DNA of 64,000 bases from Octopus vulgaris (Eukaryota). The position numbers were made by a program, and so were the translations under genes. The notes beneath the pieces are model-generated. The model did no database searches and was not told the origin of the DNA. It saw only the letters and a program-made list of their open reading frames with translations. How positions within the stretch are numbered: position 1 is the first letter of the stretch; every line of letters starts with the position of its first letter. The stretch spans positions 13,020,001 through 13,084,000 of the forward strand of contig OX597825.1 in assembly GCA_951406725.2 (NCBI GenBank), written 5' to 3'. Of the stretch, positions 12,635-25,572 are shown in pieces.

Positions 12635-13260
12635 TGATGATGATGGCGATGGCGTTGATGATGATGATAATGATGACGATGATGATGGTGGTATTCGTGG
12701 TGGTAGACGTGGTGGTGGTGACCGTGTTGTTGTTGGTGTAGGTAGCGATGATGGCGATGATGATGATGATGGTGGTGGTGGTAGTGATGATGGTAATGAT
12801 GATGGCGATGATGATGGTGGTGATGGTGATGTCGACGGTGGTGATGATGATGATGATGATGATGATGATGGTAGTGGTCCTCGTGGTGGTGGTGGTGGTA
12901 GTGGTGCTACTGGTGTTGTTTGTGGTGATGATGACGATAATGATGATGATGATGATGATAATGATGATGATGATAGAGCGATGTTGATGGTGATGTTGAT
13001 GCTGTTGATAAAGATGATGATGGTGAATAGGACAAGGAAGAAGAAGAGAAGAGGAGGAAAACAAGGGGGAGGAAGATGAGGAGGAGGAGGAAGATGAGGA
13101 AGAGGTGGAGAACAGGAGGATGCTGTTGATTTGATGATAATGATAACGCTGGTGATGTTCGTGACGTTTTCGGTAGTTGTGCTGTTGGTGTTAAATATGA
13201 TGATGATGATGATGATGATGATGACAACGATGATGATGATGGTGGTGGTCATGATGGGAA
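12445..13260. repeat. (GAT)/(GGT)/(GAG) low-complexity tract
   Basis: Directly visible trinucleotide mosaic. Confidence 0.9.
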
Positions 13261-13718
13261 ACAATAATCTAATAAATATTCTAATGGCGTTTACAGTGAT
13301 GAACCTGTTAATATCCTTACGAGAGTTTCAGAAAGTAATAAAATAAAATAAAATAAAATAAAAGAAAATATTTGAAAACAAACCCCAAAAAACACGTAAA
13401 CAATAAAAATTGGTTTCACATGTCAATGGAAGCAGGATATTGGAACACCCAGTAGAATTCTATTGTGCGATAGAAAATTAAAAAAAAATGGCTGCAAAAC
13501 AACAACAACAACAAAAACAAAAACTAGGCAAAATGCTGAAAGAAAACGGCGAGAAGCAAGCGAAAAATTATTGAATCCTAAAAATGGATATTTTAAAGAA
13601 AAGGGATCACAATGTGAAGATGTGTAAAGTGACTGAATACCCCAGGTGTAGAATTAACTGGAAATAGAATGTCATCCACACTATTACGGAAGAATTCTTT
13701 CTTTCTTTCTTTCTTTCC

Positions 13719-13749
<31 letters not shown>

Positions 13750-13963
13750 TTGCATGTTGAACAGTTTCCTGTCTTGAAAATTTGGAAATGCCAATGTCAA
13801 GTTGTGCAAAGAGGAGGAAAAAAATACCCGATGAAACGCATGAGGTGAACTGAAAACAACATTAGTGAAATTAATAATAATAATAATAATAATGATGATG
13901 ATGATGATGATGATGATATTAATAGTATTAATAATAATAATAATAATAATAATAATGATAATA

Positions 13964-14012
<49 letters not shown>

Positions 14013-14032
14013 TAATAATAATAATAATGATG

Positions 14033-14071
<39 letters not shown>

Positions 14072-14184
14072 TTAATAATAATAATAATAATAATAATAAC
14101 GATAATAATAATAATAAAAATATTAATAATAATAGTCATAATAATTATAATAATAATTATAATAATAACGATAATAATAATAAC

Positions 14185-14248
<64 letters not shown>

Positions 14249-14285
14249 TAATAATGATAATAATAATAATAATAATAACGATAAC

Positions 14286-14344
<59 letters not shown>

Positions 14345-14389
14345 TAATAATAATAATAATAATAATAACGATAATAATAATAATAATAA

Positions 14390-14420
<31 letters not shown>

Positions 14421-14464
14421 AAGAAGAAGAAGAAGAAAATATAATAATAATAATAAGAAGAAGA

Positions 14465-14845
14465 AAATATAAAGACCTACTCATTGAAATTGAGAAAATG
14501 TGGCATCTCAAGGCGGTTACAGTACCAGTGATCGTAGGAGCACTAGGAATGATCAAGAAGGGAACCGAAAATTATATGAGAATGATCCCTGGCTTACCAT
14601 CCCTGCAAGAAGTGCAAAAGATTGTCTTAACTGGTACATCACACGTATTGAGAAGAGCATTGTCGATGTGAGAACTGTTGCTGCTCATGTATTTTAATTT
14701 AACTTTAGAAAAAAAAAAAAAAAATGAACGAACTAATGAGTTTGGTTTAATGGCCTACCAATATACACTATGAGTTTGTTTGCCCTAGGAGTCGGGAAGA
14801 CACTCGGCAAGAAATGGAAGAAAATTTGAAAGAAGAAAAAAAAAA

Positions 14846-14846
<1 letters not shown>
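14465..14846 (+). mobile_element. R4/Dong-like non-LTR retrotransposon 3' end (restriction-like endonuclease C-terminus and 3' UTR) in (TAA)n
   Basis: 14465-14671 translates KYKDLLIEIEKMWHLKAVTVPVIVGALGMIKKG...LQEVQKIVLTGTSHVLRRALSM*; TAA repeats on both sides. Confidence 0.88.
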
Positions 14847-14924
<78 letters not shown>

Positions 14925-14932
14925 TAATAACG

Positions 14933-14981
<49 letters not shown>

Positions 14982-14984
14982 TAA

Positions 14985-15539
14985 ATGCCCTGATGCAGTA
15001 CCAGGCAGTGGCTCTCATGGCTTCTGATCTTAACTGATTGGAAGTGTTATCATGTACATTGTTTTGTCTTGGTATAAAAGATGGGCTACAGCAAATATTC
15101 TGCTCAATACCACAGATTTGCTTGTCAGTTGTTTGACCGTAACCAGTTGAGCATGTCCCTTAGTGGCTGACGATATATGCATCTCTGATCACGAGCAGAA
15201 GTAGTGGGGGAGCATCATAGCCATGTGTTGAGAGGGATTCTTTGGGGTTTGAATAATTCACCTCTGGAAACATGGGTGGTTCTTTCAACATCCTTAAACA
15301 ACCCTTATTCAGGGACCTTTTGAGCAGGATGGGCTACTCAACCTGAAGAAAATTCTAACTGGGCCCCACCTGGAAGGTCATGCGCTGTTTTTTGTTATAT
15401 GAGATCACCATGTTGCGCACATATGATTGTGATGCATGTGCCTGGTGTACCCTTATCAGACGGGTAGTCATCTGGGTATATTGGGCTTCGTATATTTTAC
15501 CCCAGTGTCACTTTGATGGCATGAACTGCTCTCTCACTC
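14985..15539 (+). mobile_element. 555-bp non-coding element in (TAA)n, copy 1
   Basis: ATGCCCTGATGCAGTACC...CTCTCTCACTC; near-identical to 15587-16085 and 43269-43678; all bounded by TAA repeats. Confidence 0.85.
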
Positions 15540-15586
<47 letters not shown>

Positions 15587-15588
<2 letters not shown>

Positions 15589-16085
15589 GCCCTGATGCAG
15601 TACCAGGCAGTGGCTCTCATGGCTTCTGATCTTAACTGATTGGAAGTGTTATTGAGCAAATATTCTGCTCAATAACACAGATTTGCTTGTCAGTTGTTTG
15701 ACCTTAACCAGTTGACCATGTCCCTTAGTGGCTGACAATATGTGCATTTCTGATCATGAGCAGAAGTAGTGGAGGTGTATCATAGCCATGTGTTGAGAGG
15801 GACTTTTTGGGGTTTGAATAATTCACCTCTGGAAACATGGGTGGTTCGTTCAGCATCCTTAAACAACCCTTATTCAGATCTTTATTCAGGGACCTGAAGA
15901 AAATTCGGGATGGCTACTCGACCAGAAGAAAAATCTAACTGCAAGGTCATGCGCTGATTATCTTGATATGGTTGTGATGCATGTGTCTGGTGTACCCTTA
16001 TCAGACGGGACGTTATGATGGGTATACTGGGCATCGTATATTTTACACCCATGTCACTTTCATGGCATGCACTGCTCTCTCACTC
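15587..16085 (+). mobile_element. 555-bp element, copy 2 (internal deletions)
   Basis: Same 5' and 3' ends as copy 1, separated from it by about 15 TAA units. Confidence 0.85.
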
Positions 16086-16124
<39 letters not shown>

Positions 16125-16794
16125 CCTTTTTTTAATAAAGGAACAAACTTGAAATTTTGGGGCAAGGCGGCTAGTCAATTACAGTGACCCCAGTGCTCAA
16201 CTAGTTCTTATTTCATAGACACCGAAAGAATGAAAGGCAATGTCCACCTTCGCAGAATTTGAACTAGGGAAAATAAGTGTATATTTGTATTTCAAAGAGC
16301 CAGTTTTGTCACATTCTGTGTCATGCTAAATCTCCCTGAGAACTAATTTAAGGGCACTGGTACCTGTGGCGTGCGAGATACACACACACACATACATGCA
16401 TGAAAGTATGTATGTATGTACGTATGTATGTATGTACGTACATATGTATGCATGTATGTATGTATATATATGTATCTATGAGTGTGAGTTTGTTTTGATT
16501 TCTGTCTCCTTGGCTTAGCATTGGGTGATTTTTGCAAATATATGCCATTCGTTTCTAATTGTCTGCGAAAACTTGTCTGGTCATACAATGTTATTACCTC
16601 CCATGGAAACTTGTAAGGGTTGTTGGCAGCATGAACATCAGCCGTAGAAAATATGCCACAATAAACATCGTCCGACACATAAACATATAAATGTGGTTGT
16701 TAAAACGATGACAATGTCTTCACTATTGATGAGGTGGAAGAAGAGGAGGTGGAGGAGAAAGAGGAAGAAAATAAAGAAATACTCTGCATTAATA

Positions 16795-17005
16795 TTGGCT
16801 TTAAATTTTGACACAAGGCTAGCGAATCCAGGGGAGTGATTATATCGACCCCAGCGCTCATTTAGTACTTACTTTTATCGACTGCGTGATACATTGGAAG
16901 GCAAAGTCGGCGTCGACGGAATTTGAACTCAGAACGTAAAAACGGACGACATGACGCTACGCAATTTATCCGGCGTGTTAACGGTTCTACCACCTAGCTG
17001 CTTTC
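16795..17005 (-). mobile_element. SINE family A (degenerate)
   Basis: GAAGGCAAAGTCG...GGAATTTGAACTCAGAACGTAA on plus strand. Confidence 0.7.
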
Positions 17006-17111
17006 AATGCTGCATATTTATATTACCATTATTTTCGTGACACTCCCTTTGATATATAGCCTCGGTTACAAGTAGGTCAAACACACATGCATACATACAT
17101 ACATACATACA

Positions 17112-17141
<30 letters not shown>

Positions 17142-17142
<1 letters not shown>

Positions 17143-17704
17143 TGGGTTGTCCGGAAAGTTCGTGCCGATTTATAGTAGCTTACATTTCGACTTATTTTAG
17201 AACATGGTTGAGTTCGTAAAATAGGATTTGACTACACCTTCATTTAGAGCACAGTTTAAGCTATCTTTTCGTAGAAGGTTTATGTTCCTATAACCTGTGT
17301 TAATTCTGTAACCCTTTAAAATGGAAGATAAGAAAGTTCATTTTCGGCAGTTGATGCTTTGGGAACCAGACAAAAATTGCTGCAGCTCGGTTAGGATATG
17401 CTACCCCACTCTCCATATTCAGCAGATATTGATCCTTCGGATTTCCACTTATTCAGGTTTCTGCAGAATAGTTTTAATGGTAAAGATTCCAGTTCATTGG
17501 ATAATGTAAAAAGATACCTTGATGAATTATTTGACATGAAACCACCTCAATTCTGAGAAGAGGGTATTTTCAAGTTAAAGGAAAGATAGAGACGCATTGT
17601 GCAACAAAATGGTTCATATTTGGTTGATTAAAAATGTAATGCCAAGTATTTATTGACCTTTTTCTTTCCTTTAAAAATCGACATGAACTTTCCGGACAAC
17701 CCAA
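17142..17704 (+). mobile_element. Internally deleted mariner element in (TACA)n
   Basis: TIRs TTGGGTTGTCCGGAAAGTTC...GAACTTTCCGGACAACCCAA with TA TSD; MEDKKVHFRQLMLWE joined to PHSPYSADIDPSDFHLFRFLQN (YSPDLAPSD-like) ...IVQQNGSYLVD*. Confidence 0.92.
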
Positions 17705-17870
17705 TACATACATACATACATACATACATACATACATACATACATACATACATACATACATACATACATACATTCATACATCCATCCATCCATATATATT
17801 TGATATATCTATAACGGACTAAATGCTAGACAGAAATATTACCAAATCGGACCAGTTAAACGATGTAGAA

Positions 17871-18511
17871 AGTTTAAGCTATCTTTTCGTAGAAGGTTTA
17901 TGTTCCTATAACCTGTGTTAATTCTGTAACCCTTTAAAATGGAAGATAAGAAAGTTCATTTTCGGCAGTTGATGCTTTGGGAACCAGACAAAATTGCTGC
18001 AGCTCGGTTAGGATATGCTACCCCACTCTCCATATTCAGCAGATATTGATCCTTCGGATTTCCACTTATTCAGGTTTCTGCAGAATAGTCTTAATGGTAA
18101 AGATTCCAGTTCATTGGATAATGTAAAAAGATACCTTGATGAATTATTTGACATGAAACCACCTCAATTCTGAGAAGAGGGTATTTTCAAGTTAAAGGAA
18201 AGATAGAGACGCATTGTGCAACAAAATGGTTCATATTTGGTTGATTAAAAATGTAATGCCAAGTATTTATTGTGTGTTTTTTGTTTCCTTTAAAAATCGA
18301 CATGAACTTTCCGGACAACCCAATACATACATACATACATACACACATACATACATACATACATACATACATACATACATACATACATACATACATACAT
18401 ACATACATACATTCATACATCCATCCATCCATATATATTTGATATATCTATAACGGACTAAATGCTAGACAGAAATATTACCAAATCGGACCAGTTAAAC
18501 GATGTAGAAAG
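17871..18511 (+). repeat. Tandem duplication of 17253-17870 (3' part of mariner plus flank)
   Basis: Sequence from AGTTTAAGCTATC to CGATGTAGAA repeated with few differences. Confidence 0.92.
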
Positions 18512-19099
18512 AAACCAATTATAATTCCATATAAGAACTTTATAAAACCAACAATAGAAATAAATCAAGGACAGACATAGATATTAAGTCGATTACATCG
18601 ACCCTAGTGCGTAACTAGTACTTAATTTATCGACCCCGAAAGGATGAAAGGCAAAGTCGACCTCGGCGGAATTTGAACTCACAACGTATTTATTTTGCCC
18701 TAGACTTAATACATCACTCTTTTGGAAACGTTGTATTATAACCCACACGACTGACTGACTGACTTAACTGACACACGACCTTCAGCATTAAAGTTGAACA
18801 GTTGAAGAAACCTTTGAATGAAGATGTTTCTCTCTGTTTGTGTATGTACTTGCGTATGACGGTCGACTTTGCCTAATATTGTTTCGTGATCGATAAATTA
18901 AGTACCAGTTGCGTACTTTGGATGATCTAATCGACGGACCCTCTCCCCCCCACACACACATTTCAGGCCTTGTGTCTCAAGTAGAAAATAATATTTGAGA
19001 CTTTTGTAGTTATATTATTGCAATAAGTTGGCTTACGTGTGTGTGTGTGTGTGTTTTGTGTGTGCTCATGTGTGTGTCTTACGATTTGACTCGTCAGGC

Positions 19100-19350
19100 A
19101 CAATTTGAACTCAGAGTAGCGACCGAAATACCTATTTCTTTATTGCCCACAAGGGGCTAAACACAGAGGGGACAAACAAGGACAGACAAACGGATTAAGC
19201 TGATTATATCGTCCCCAGTGCTTAACTGGTACTTATTTTATCGACCCCTAAATGATGAAAGGCAAAGTCGACCTCGGCGGAATTTGATCTCAGAGCGTAA
19301 CGGCAGACGAAATACGGATACGCATTTCACCCGGCGTGCTAACGTTTCCT
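19100..19350 (-). mobile_element. SINE family A
   Basis: Matches the family consensus, including the AAAGAAATAG|GTATTTCG junction. Confidence 0.85.
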
Positions 19351-19576
19351 TTGACAAACGATAAAAATATATTTCCTGTCAAGTAATGAGGTCCAAGTAC
19401 TCGATTTACACCCCCACCTCCTGCCTCAGAATTGCTGACCTAGTTCCAAATTTAGAAAGAAATATCATTTATTGCAATATACGTTAACGTTCTTTATGTT
19501 TAGAACCGAAACCCTGCCGATGTGAAGTAAGTTTGTTTCTCATTCTTTGAATATACGAATATATCAGAAAAGTACA

Positions 19577-19810
19577 AGGCGGTGAGCTGGCAGAAACGTT
19601 AGCGCGACGGGCGAAATGATTAGCAGTATTTCGTGTGCCGTTACGTTCTGAGTTCAAATTCCGCCGAGGTCGACTTTGCCTTTCATCCTTTCTGGGTCGA
19701 TAAATTAAGTACCTGTTACGCACTGGGTTCAATGTAATCGACTTAATCCGTTTGTCTGTGCTTGTTTGTCCCCTCTATGTTTAGCCCCTTGTGGGCAATA
19801 AAGAAATAAT
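19577..19810 (+). mobile_element. SINE family A, full head
   Basis: GGCGGTGAGCTGGCAGAAACGTTAG...GAGTTCAAATTCC (B-box)...GCCTTTCATCCTTTCTGGGTCGATAAATTAAGTACC. Confidence 0.9.
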
Positions 19811-20608
19811 ATATCTGACAAGTACAGACAATTGTGACTCTCTCGCATTTTCGAAGTCCTGTAATTTAGATAAGAAAACAAAGTACTTTAGTTATAAAGC
19901 TACAGTTTTAAATCTGCCATACGTTACCTCTTTTCAGTATCTTCCATTGATAACAGCTGAAAAGCTAGCAAAACTGTGTCTGGGAATCCAAGAGGGGTCT
20001 ACACTGGGCAGATATTTTGTTTCTACACTGTTTACCTTAAGAGAGATTCTTATTTATTTTTGCACCTAAACTGTTAAGAATTTGACTTTACGATTTGAAA
20101 TCTGTCACAAACATATTTTAAATACCATAAAGTTCGCTTATGCCTAAACACCGCTTCCCGATGATATTATAGTTTCGGCGTGTTGATATATCGTACATAT
20201 TTTTTTCCTCTTTCACCAAATCAATAATTACAAAAGTCATTTGTTACATATTCAACATCAGCTCTATGTCACCAACCATCTGTATACAATTTCACACAGA
20301 TATAACGATAACGCTTCGTTACGTCAATTATTATTTCGAGCCTATTTGTATCTTTATCATTATCATTGTTGATGCTGTAATTTTTTCTTATTGTTACAGT
20401 TGTTGTTCTTGTTGTTGTTCTTGTTAGTAATATTACAATTCCTTTTATTGTCAAAAAACAAAAGAAAACAAAACAAGAATAGTAGAATATATGATTTATT
20501 GTTGACGGTTTTTTGTTTATATTTTGTTATGATTTCTTTTATGATTTTATTGGTGTTTTTTCTTCTCTTCTGAGACATTCATTGTTTATTTGCATCTGAA
20601 GATTCACA

Positions 20609-20685
<77 letters not shown>

Positions 20686-20754
20686 GTTTTTTCCTTCTTT
20701 CTTCAAATTTTCTTCCGTCTCTCGCCGAGTGTTTTCCATACACCTAGGGCAGAA
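20686..20754 (-). mobile_element. About 70-bp extreme 3' end of the Dong-like family seen at 14465, in (TAA)n
   Basis: Minus strand GCCCTAGG...ACACTCGGC.AGA...GGAAGAAAATTTGAA matches 14782-14830. Confidence 0.75.
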
Positions 20755-20791
20755 TTTATTATTACTATTACCATCATTATTATTATTATTA

Positions 20792-20879
<88 letters not shown>

Positions 20880-20906
20880 CATTATTATTATTATTATTAT
20901 TATTAT

Positions 20907-21365
20907 TTTCTCTTTATCACAGGTTTTGTTGGAGCTCCTGGTATCTTGCGTGAGTAGCGACCTTATTACCTGTAGCATACACTACCATGCTATCCGTTCT
21001 TTTCAGCTATCTAATACTTTCCTGGTTATTCTGGCCGTGCCAAGGAGGCAAACCTTCTGTAACAGTTCTACTGGGCACTCTATTCCTATTTCTTTTATAT
21101 TCCTCTTGATGCCTTGCAATACTATTCCCAAGGAACCGACATTAATTGGCACTATCTTCACCGTCTTTATTTTCCATAGCTGGGCTGTTTCCTACTTAAG
21201 AGTGCTGTATTTATCTATCTTTTCGCCTTCCTTCTTGACTATTCGCGACTCAAAGGGGCATCCAACGTCAACTATATAATATATGTGGTACACCTTGTCC
21301 AACACCACTAGGTCCAGTCTGCTGCTATACTCTAGCACCTGATATGCTTGGATTGGGAAATCCCA
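20907..21365 (-). mobile_element. R4/Dong-like REL endonuclease fragment and 3' UTR (second lineage)
   Basis: WDFPIQ...RLDLVVLDK...IVDVGCPFESRIVKKEGEKIDKYSTLK*ETAQLWKIKTVKIVPINVGSLG...LLQKVCLLGTARITRKVLDS*; 3' end runs into TAA repeats. Confidence 0.88.
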
Positions 21366-21429
21366 ACCATCATCATCATTATCATCATCATCATTATCAT
21401 TATTTATAATAACATTATTATTATTATAA

Positions 21430-21823
21430 GGGGGCAAGCTGGCAGAAACGTTAGCACGCCGGGCGAAATGCGTAGCCGTATTTCGTCTGCTATTACGTTC
21501 TGAGTTCAAATTCCGCCGAGGTCGACTTTGCCTTTCATCCTTTCGGGATCGATAAATTAAGCACCAGTTACGCACTGGAGTCGATGTAACTCGACTTAAT
21601 CCATTTGTCTGTCCTTGTTTGTCCCCTCTGTGTGTAGCCCCTTGTGGGTAGTAAAGAAATCGGTATTTCGCCCGTCGCTACGTTCTGAGTTCGAATTGTG
21701 TCACGGTCGACTGTATCTTTTATCATTTCGAGGTCGATAAAATAAGTACCGGCTGAACACTGGGGTCGATGTAATCGACTCACCCCTTCCTTCAAACTGC
21801 TGCCTTTGTGTTAAAATTTAAAC

Positions 21824-21825
<2 letters not shown>
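21430..21825 (+). mobile_element. SINE family A dimer
   Basis: Head plus one unit, AAAGAAATCG|GTATTTCG junction, then a diverged second unit. Confidence 0.88.
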
Positions 21826-21908
<83 letters not shown>

Positions 21909-21921
21909 GTTGTTGTTGTTG

Positions 21922-21994
<73 letters not shown>

Positions 21995-21998
<4 letters not shown>

Positions 21999-22322
21999 TA
22001 GTTTTATTTTTATAACGTGCTTTCACTTCACTACCGAGCGCAGCTCTGTGTGCCTTGGGTATGTGCTGTGATTTGTTGTGATGCTCTGATGGTTACTGTA
22101 TTGAAAGTGTTCTGCGTAGGATGTGTGCAGTGCCTAGTAATGCAATTTTCTGTATGTTATATGTGTTTGTAAGTCCTGCTGTTTTTGTTATGTATTTGTC
22201 TGAATATTTCTTTTATCATGCCTAATGCACCTATTATGATAGGAATTGTTTCTGTTTTTAGATTCCACATTCTGGTTACCTCTATTTCCAGGTCTTTGTA
22301 TTTTGAAAGTTTCTCCATTTCT
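21995..22322 (-). mobile_element. R4/Dong-like 3' end (third lineage)
   Basis: MEKLSKYKDLEIEVTRMWNLKTETIPIIIGALGMIK/YSDKYITKTAGLTNTYNIQKIALLGTAHILRRTLSIQ*; 3' end AAAACTACTGAA then (TAA)n. Confidence 0.9.
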
Positions 22323-22359
22323 TCTTCTTCTTCTTCTTCTTCTTCTTCTTCTTCTTCTT

Positions 22360-22449
<90 letters not shown>

Positions 22450-22855
22450 GCCGCTGTTGGCTTTGTTTCTTTGTCTCATGTTGCTGTAGTTTATCTAACG
22501 ACTATATTGTGGCGTAGGATGATTATACATCTGAAGGTTAAACAAAGAAACGTATACAGAAGAACAACAGCAACAACAACAAAAGCAGCAACAACAACAA
22601 CAACAACAGCAACAGCAATATTAAAAGCAGCGGCAACGACGACAACTGTAACAACATCATGGACAAAAACATCCAACAGTAACAAAAATCCACCTCAATT
22701 CAATTAACACAACGATTAATTACTACTATTTTGAAACGATCTCTGGGTGAATTTCCTGCGTAAATATCCAATTTTAGATATTTTTTCTGTGTGTTTATCT
22801 TCATGTATAAGTGAGAGCAAGAGCGTGCGTTTTCGTATATGAGTACGTCCATGTA

Positions 22856-23019
<164 letters not shown>

Positions 23020-23031
23020 CATGTATGTTTG

Positions 23032-23065
<34 letters not shown>

Positions 23066-23736
23066 TATGTGCGGACATGTGCGGCTTATATATCTGTGTG
23101 TGTATGTACTAAGTTCTCACGTTTGTCTTTTCTTTTTCTTCGTTTTTCTCGGCTGTTTCAATTGACTATATATATGTGACTATATATGTGTGTGTGTGTG
23201 TGTGTGTGTATTTGAATGTGTTTGAGTATGTATGAGTGTGTGTGTGTGTGTGTATGTGTTTTACGCCATATTCTGTGATGAAATGTGGCAGTGTGCACAC
23301 TTATCAGATCGCTTTCATCCGAACGACGGTGACGAAAGATTGAAAGCGAAGGAGATAACGAGTTAGAGAATGAACGAAAGAGCGAATGTGTGAGTGCGTG
23401 AAAGAGGGAATAAGCAAACGAGCGAGTGAATGCGTGATAATCGCTGAGTTACGAAAGATAAGAAACTCTTTTCAAACGTGGAGTATGTTACTGAGATATG
23501 CCTATTTTACCGTAAGAGTGTGTCTGGTTTTCTGCATATCTAGTTCTCTTTCTGCGTGTGTGTTCGTGTGTGTGTGTGTGTGTGTGTGCATATATATGTA
23601 CGTATATAATGTTTTTACTTTTCATTGCCTTCGAAGTTTTATCCCTAATAGTGGTTTGGAATTTAACTGTTCTGTCTAGCGTGTAAGGAGTCCTATGATG
23701 GATGCTTCTTATGTGTTTAAATGTACACTGTATTTA

Positions 23737-23942
23737 TAGACCACGTGTGTACCGTTGGCGATTTTTTTTTCTGTCTTCCCTCCTCTGGATCTTTCCTTCT
23801 CCTATGTTTCCGACGAAGAGTTCCGCTCGAAACGTTAAACCCTCCTTCTTTCCTTCTTTCCTGAGCGTCCAATAATACTATATTTGTTCCACATCCTCGC
23901 GTTGTTGTGTTTTTTTGTGCTTTCTTGTTTGGATTAACTTTA
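23737..23942 (+). mobile_element. Monomer of the ~222-bp hammerhead repeat family (core CCGACGA)
   Basis: Matches 62781-63002; GTTT-CCGACGA-A-GAGT tcc GCTC-GAAA-CGTT-AAAC at 23806-23840; ends TTGGATTAACT next to a TA-rich tract. Confidence 0.85.
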
Positions 23943-23951
23943 TCTACATAC

Positions 23952-23989
<38 letters not shown>

Positions 23990-24152
23990 ACATACATATA
24001 TATATATATATGATATATAAATACACCCGCATACATACATATACATGGTGGTTGTCTACGCCTTATGCAGAGTCTGACCACCTCCTGTACCTACTCCTTA
24101 GATCCACATAGTGTATGATGTGGATTTCTAAACCAGACAATGTTTTGAAAAG

Positions 24153-24251
<99 letters not shown>

Positions 24252-24719
24252 CGCCTGGTCTTTCGCAGATTTTAAATTTAAGAAAATTTAAGACCCAAAT
24301 ATAGTTAAGAAACACAAATTTCTTGTAATGTGAAGAATTTAGTTGACTAAATGGAATCATTCGGTTGTAAAACTGGATATAATACATAACTTGCATAAAT
24401 ATAATAACTTAAATATAGTTTAACCAATTACGGACATCGAGCTCCCGATTTTAATATTCACGATCGCTCTGTTTTTAATGCTCCAAATATACTGTGGCAG
24501 TGAAGTAGTGCTTCAGGTCCTCGTGTTAGTCAAGGAGTAAAATTCGTCTATGTACCTTACCTTCTGAAACTATGTTCTATATGTCCAATATAAATTCGTA
24601 GTTCTGTCTGGCAATGTTACCATGGCAACATCATCGAAATTTGATTTGGTGCCAAAGGTCAAAACTGCATCACACATTTATCTTTTAAACTAACATTCTC
24701 AGAACAAATGATATTTTCA

Positions 24720-24930
24720 TTTATCTTTTATCTTTCACTTGTCTCAATTAATAGACTGCGGTCATGCTGGGGCACCTTCTTAAAAGATTTAGTCGGCCAA
24801 GTTGACCTTAATACTTCCTTTTAAATTTTGGTACATATTCAATTGGTCATTTATACCGAACCAATAAATTACGGGAATGTAAAATCAAACCAACACCAAC
24901 GGTCAAGCGGTGAAACAAATACAAAGAAAC
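24720..24930 (-). mobile_element. SINE family B 3' part (degenerate)
   Basis: GACTGCGGTCATGCTGGGGCACC tail motif. Confidence 0.6.
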
Positions 24931-24954
24931 ACAACGCACACACACACACACACA

Positions 24955-25028
<74 letters not shown>

Positions 25029-25049
25029 TTTATGTATATCAATATGTAT

Positions 25050-25231
25050 ATAGATCGCTAGCCACTAGACATTCATTATTTTCTCTCCTTTTTCTTTCTG
25101 TGTTCCTTTCTGTGGAAGAGCGTAGGCTCGAAACTTTAAAGCCTTTTGACTTCCGGACCTTTATACTAATACATCTATTTGTTGTCTACACCACCTGTCT
25201 TCGTCTTTTGTTCTATTGTGAATTATCCCCA
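25050..25231 (+). mobile_element. Hammerhead-like repeat, CTGTGGA subfamily, between TA-rich tracts
   Basis: CTTT-CTGTGGA-A-GAGC gtag GCTC-GAAA-CTTT-AAAG at 25106-25141; matches 56921-57098 (minus). Confidence 0.75.
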
Positions 25232-25339
25232 TATATATATATATACATATATATATACATACATACGCACACACACACATATTTATGTTTGTACATATAT
25301 GTATTGTGTGTGTGCGTGTGTATGCATGTGTCTATATGA

Positions 25340-25572
25340 GAGTGTTTGCATCCGTATTAGTTCCCCACATGTTTGACAACCGGGGGTGGGGATATATTGT
25401 TTATTTCCCCATCACTTAAAGTTTTGGGAAAGTGTGTCGAAGAGAATAAATATCAAGCTTTAAAACAAAATAAGACAACAAGAACTGAAGTCGATTTATT
25501 CGACCAAATGTTCCTGGAGGAGGTACTCCAGCATGGCCGCAGTCTGATGACTCACTCACAACTAAAAACAGA
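25340..25572 (+). mobile_element. SINE family B 3' part (degenerate)
   Basis: TTGACAACCG...GGTACTCCAGCATGGCCGCAGTC. Confidence 0.6.

Noticed and set aside
14985-15060. CTGATGC at the 5' end of the 555-bp element as a hammerhead core
   Set aside because: A9 is missing and there is no matching GAAA/stem arrangement
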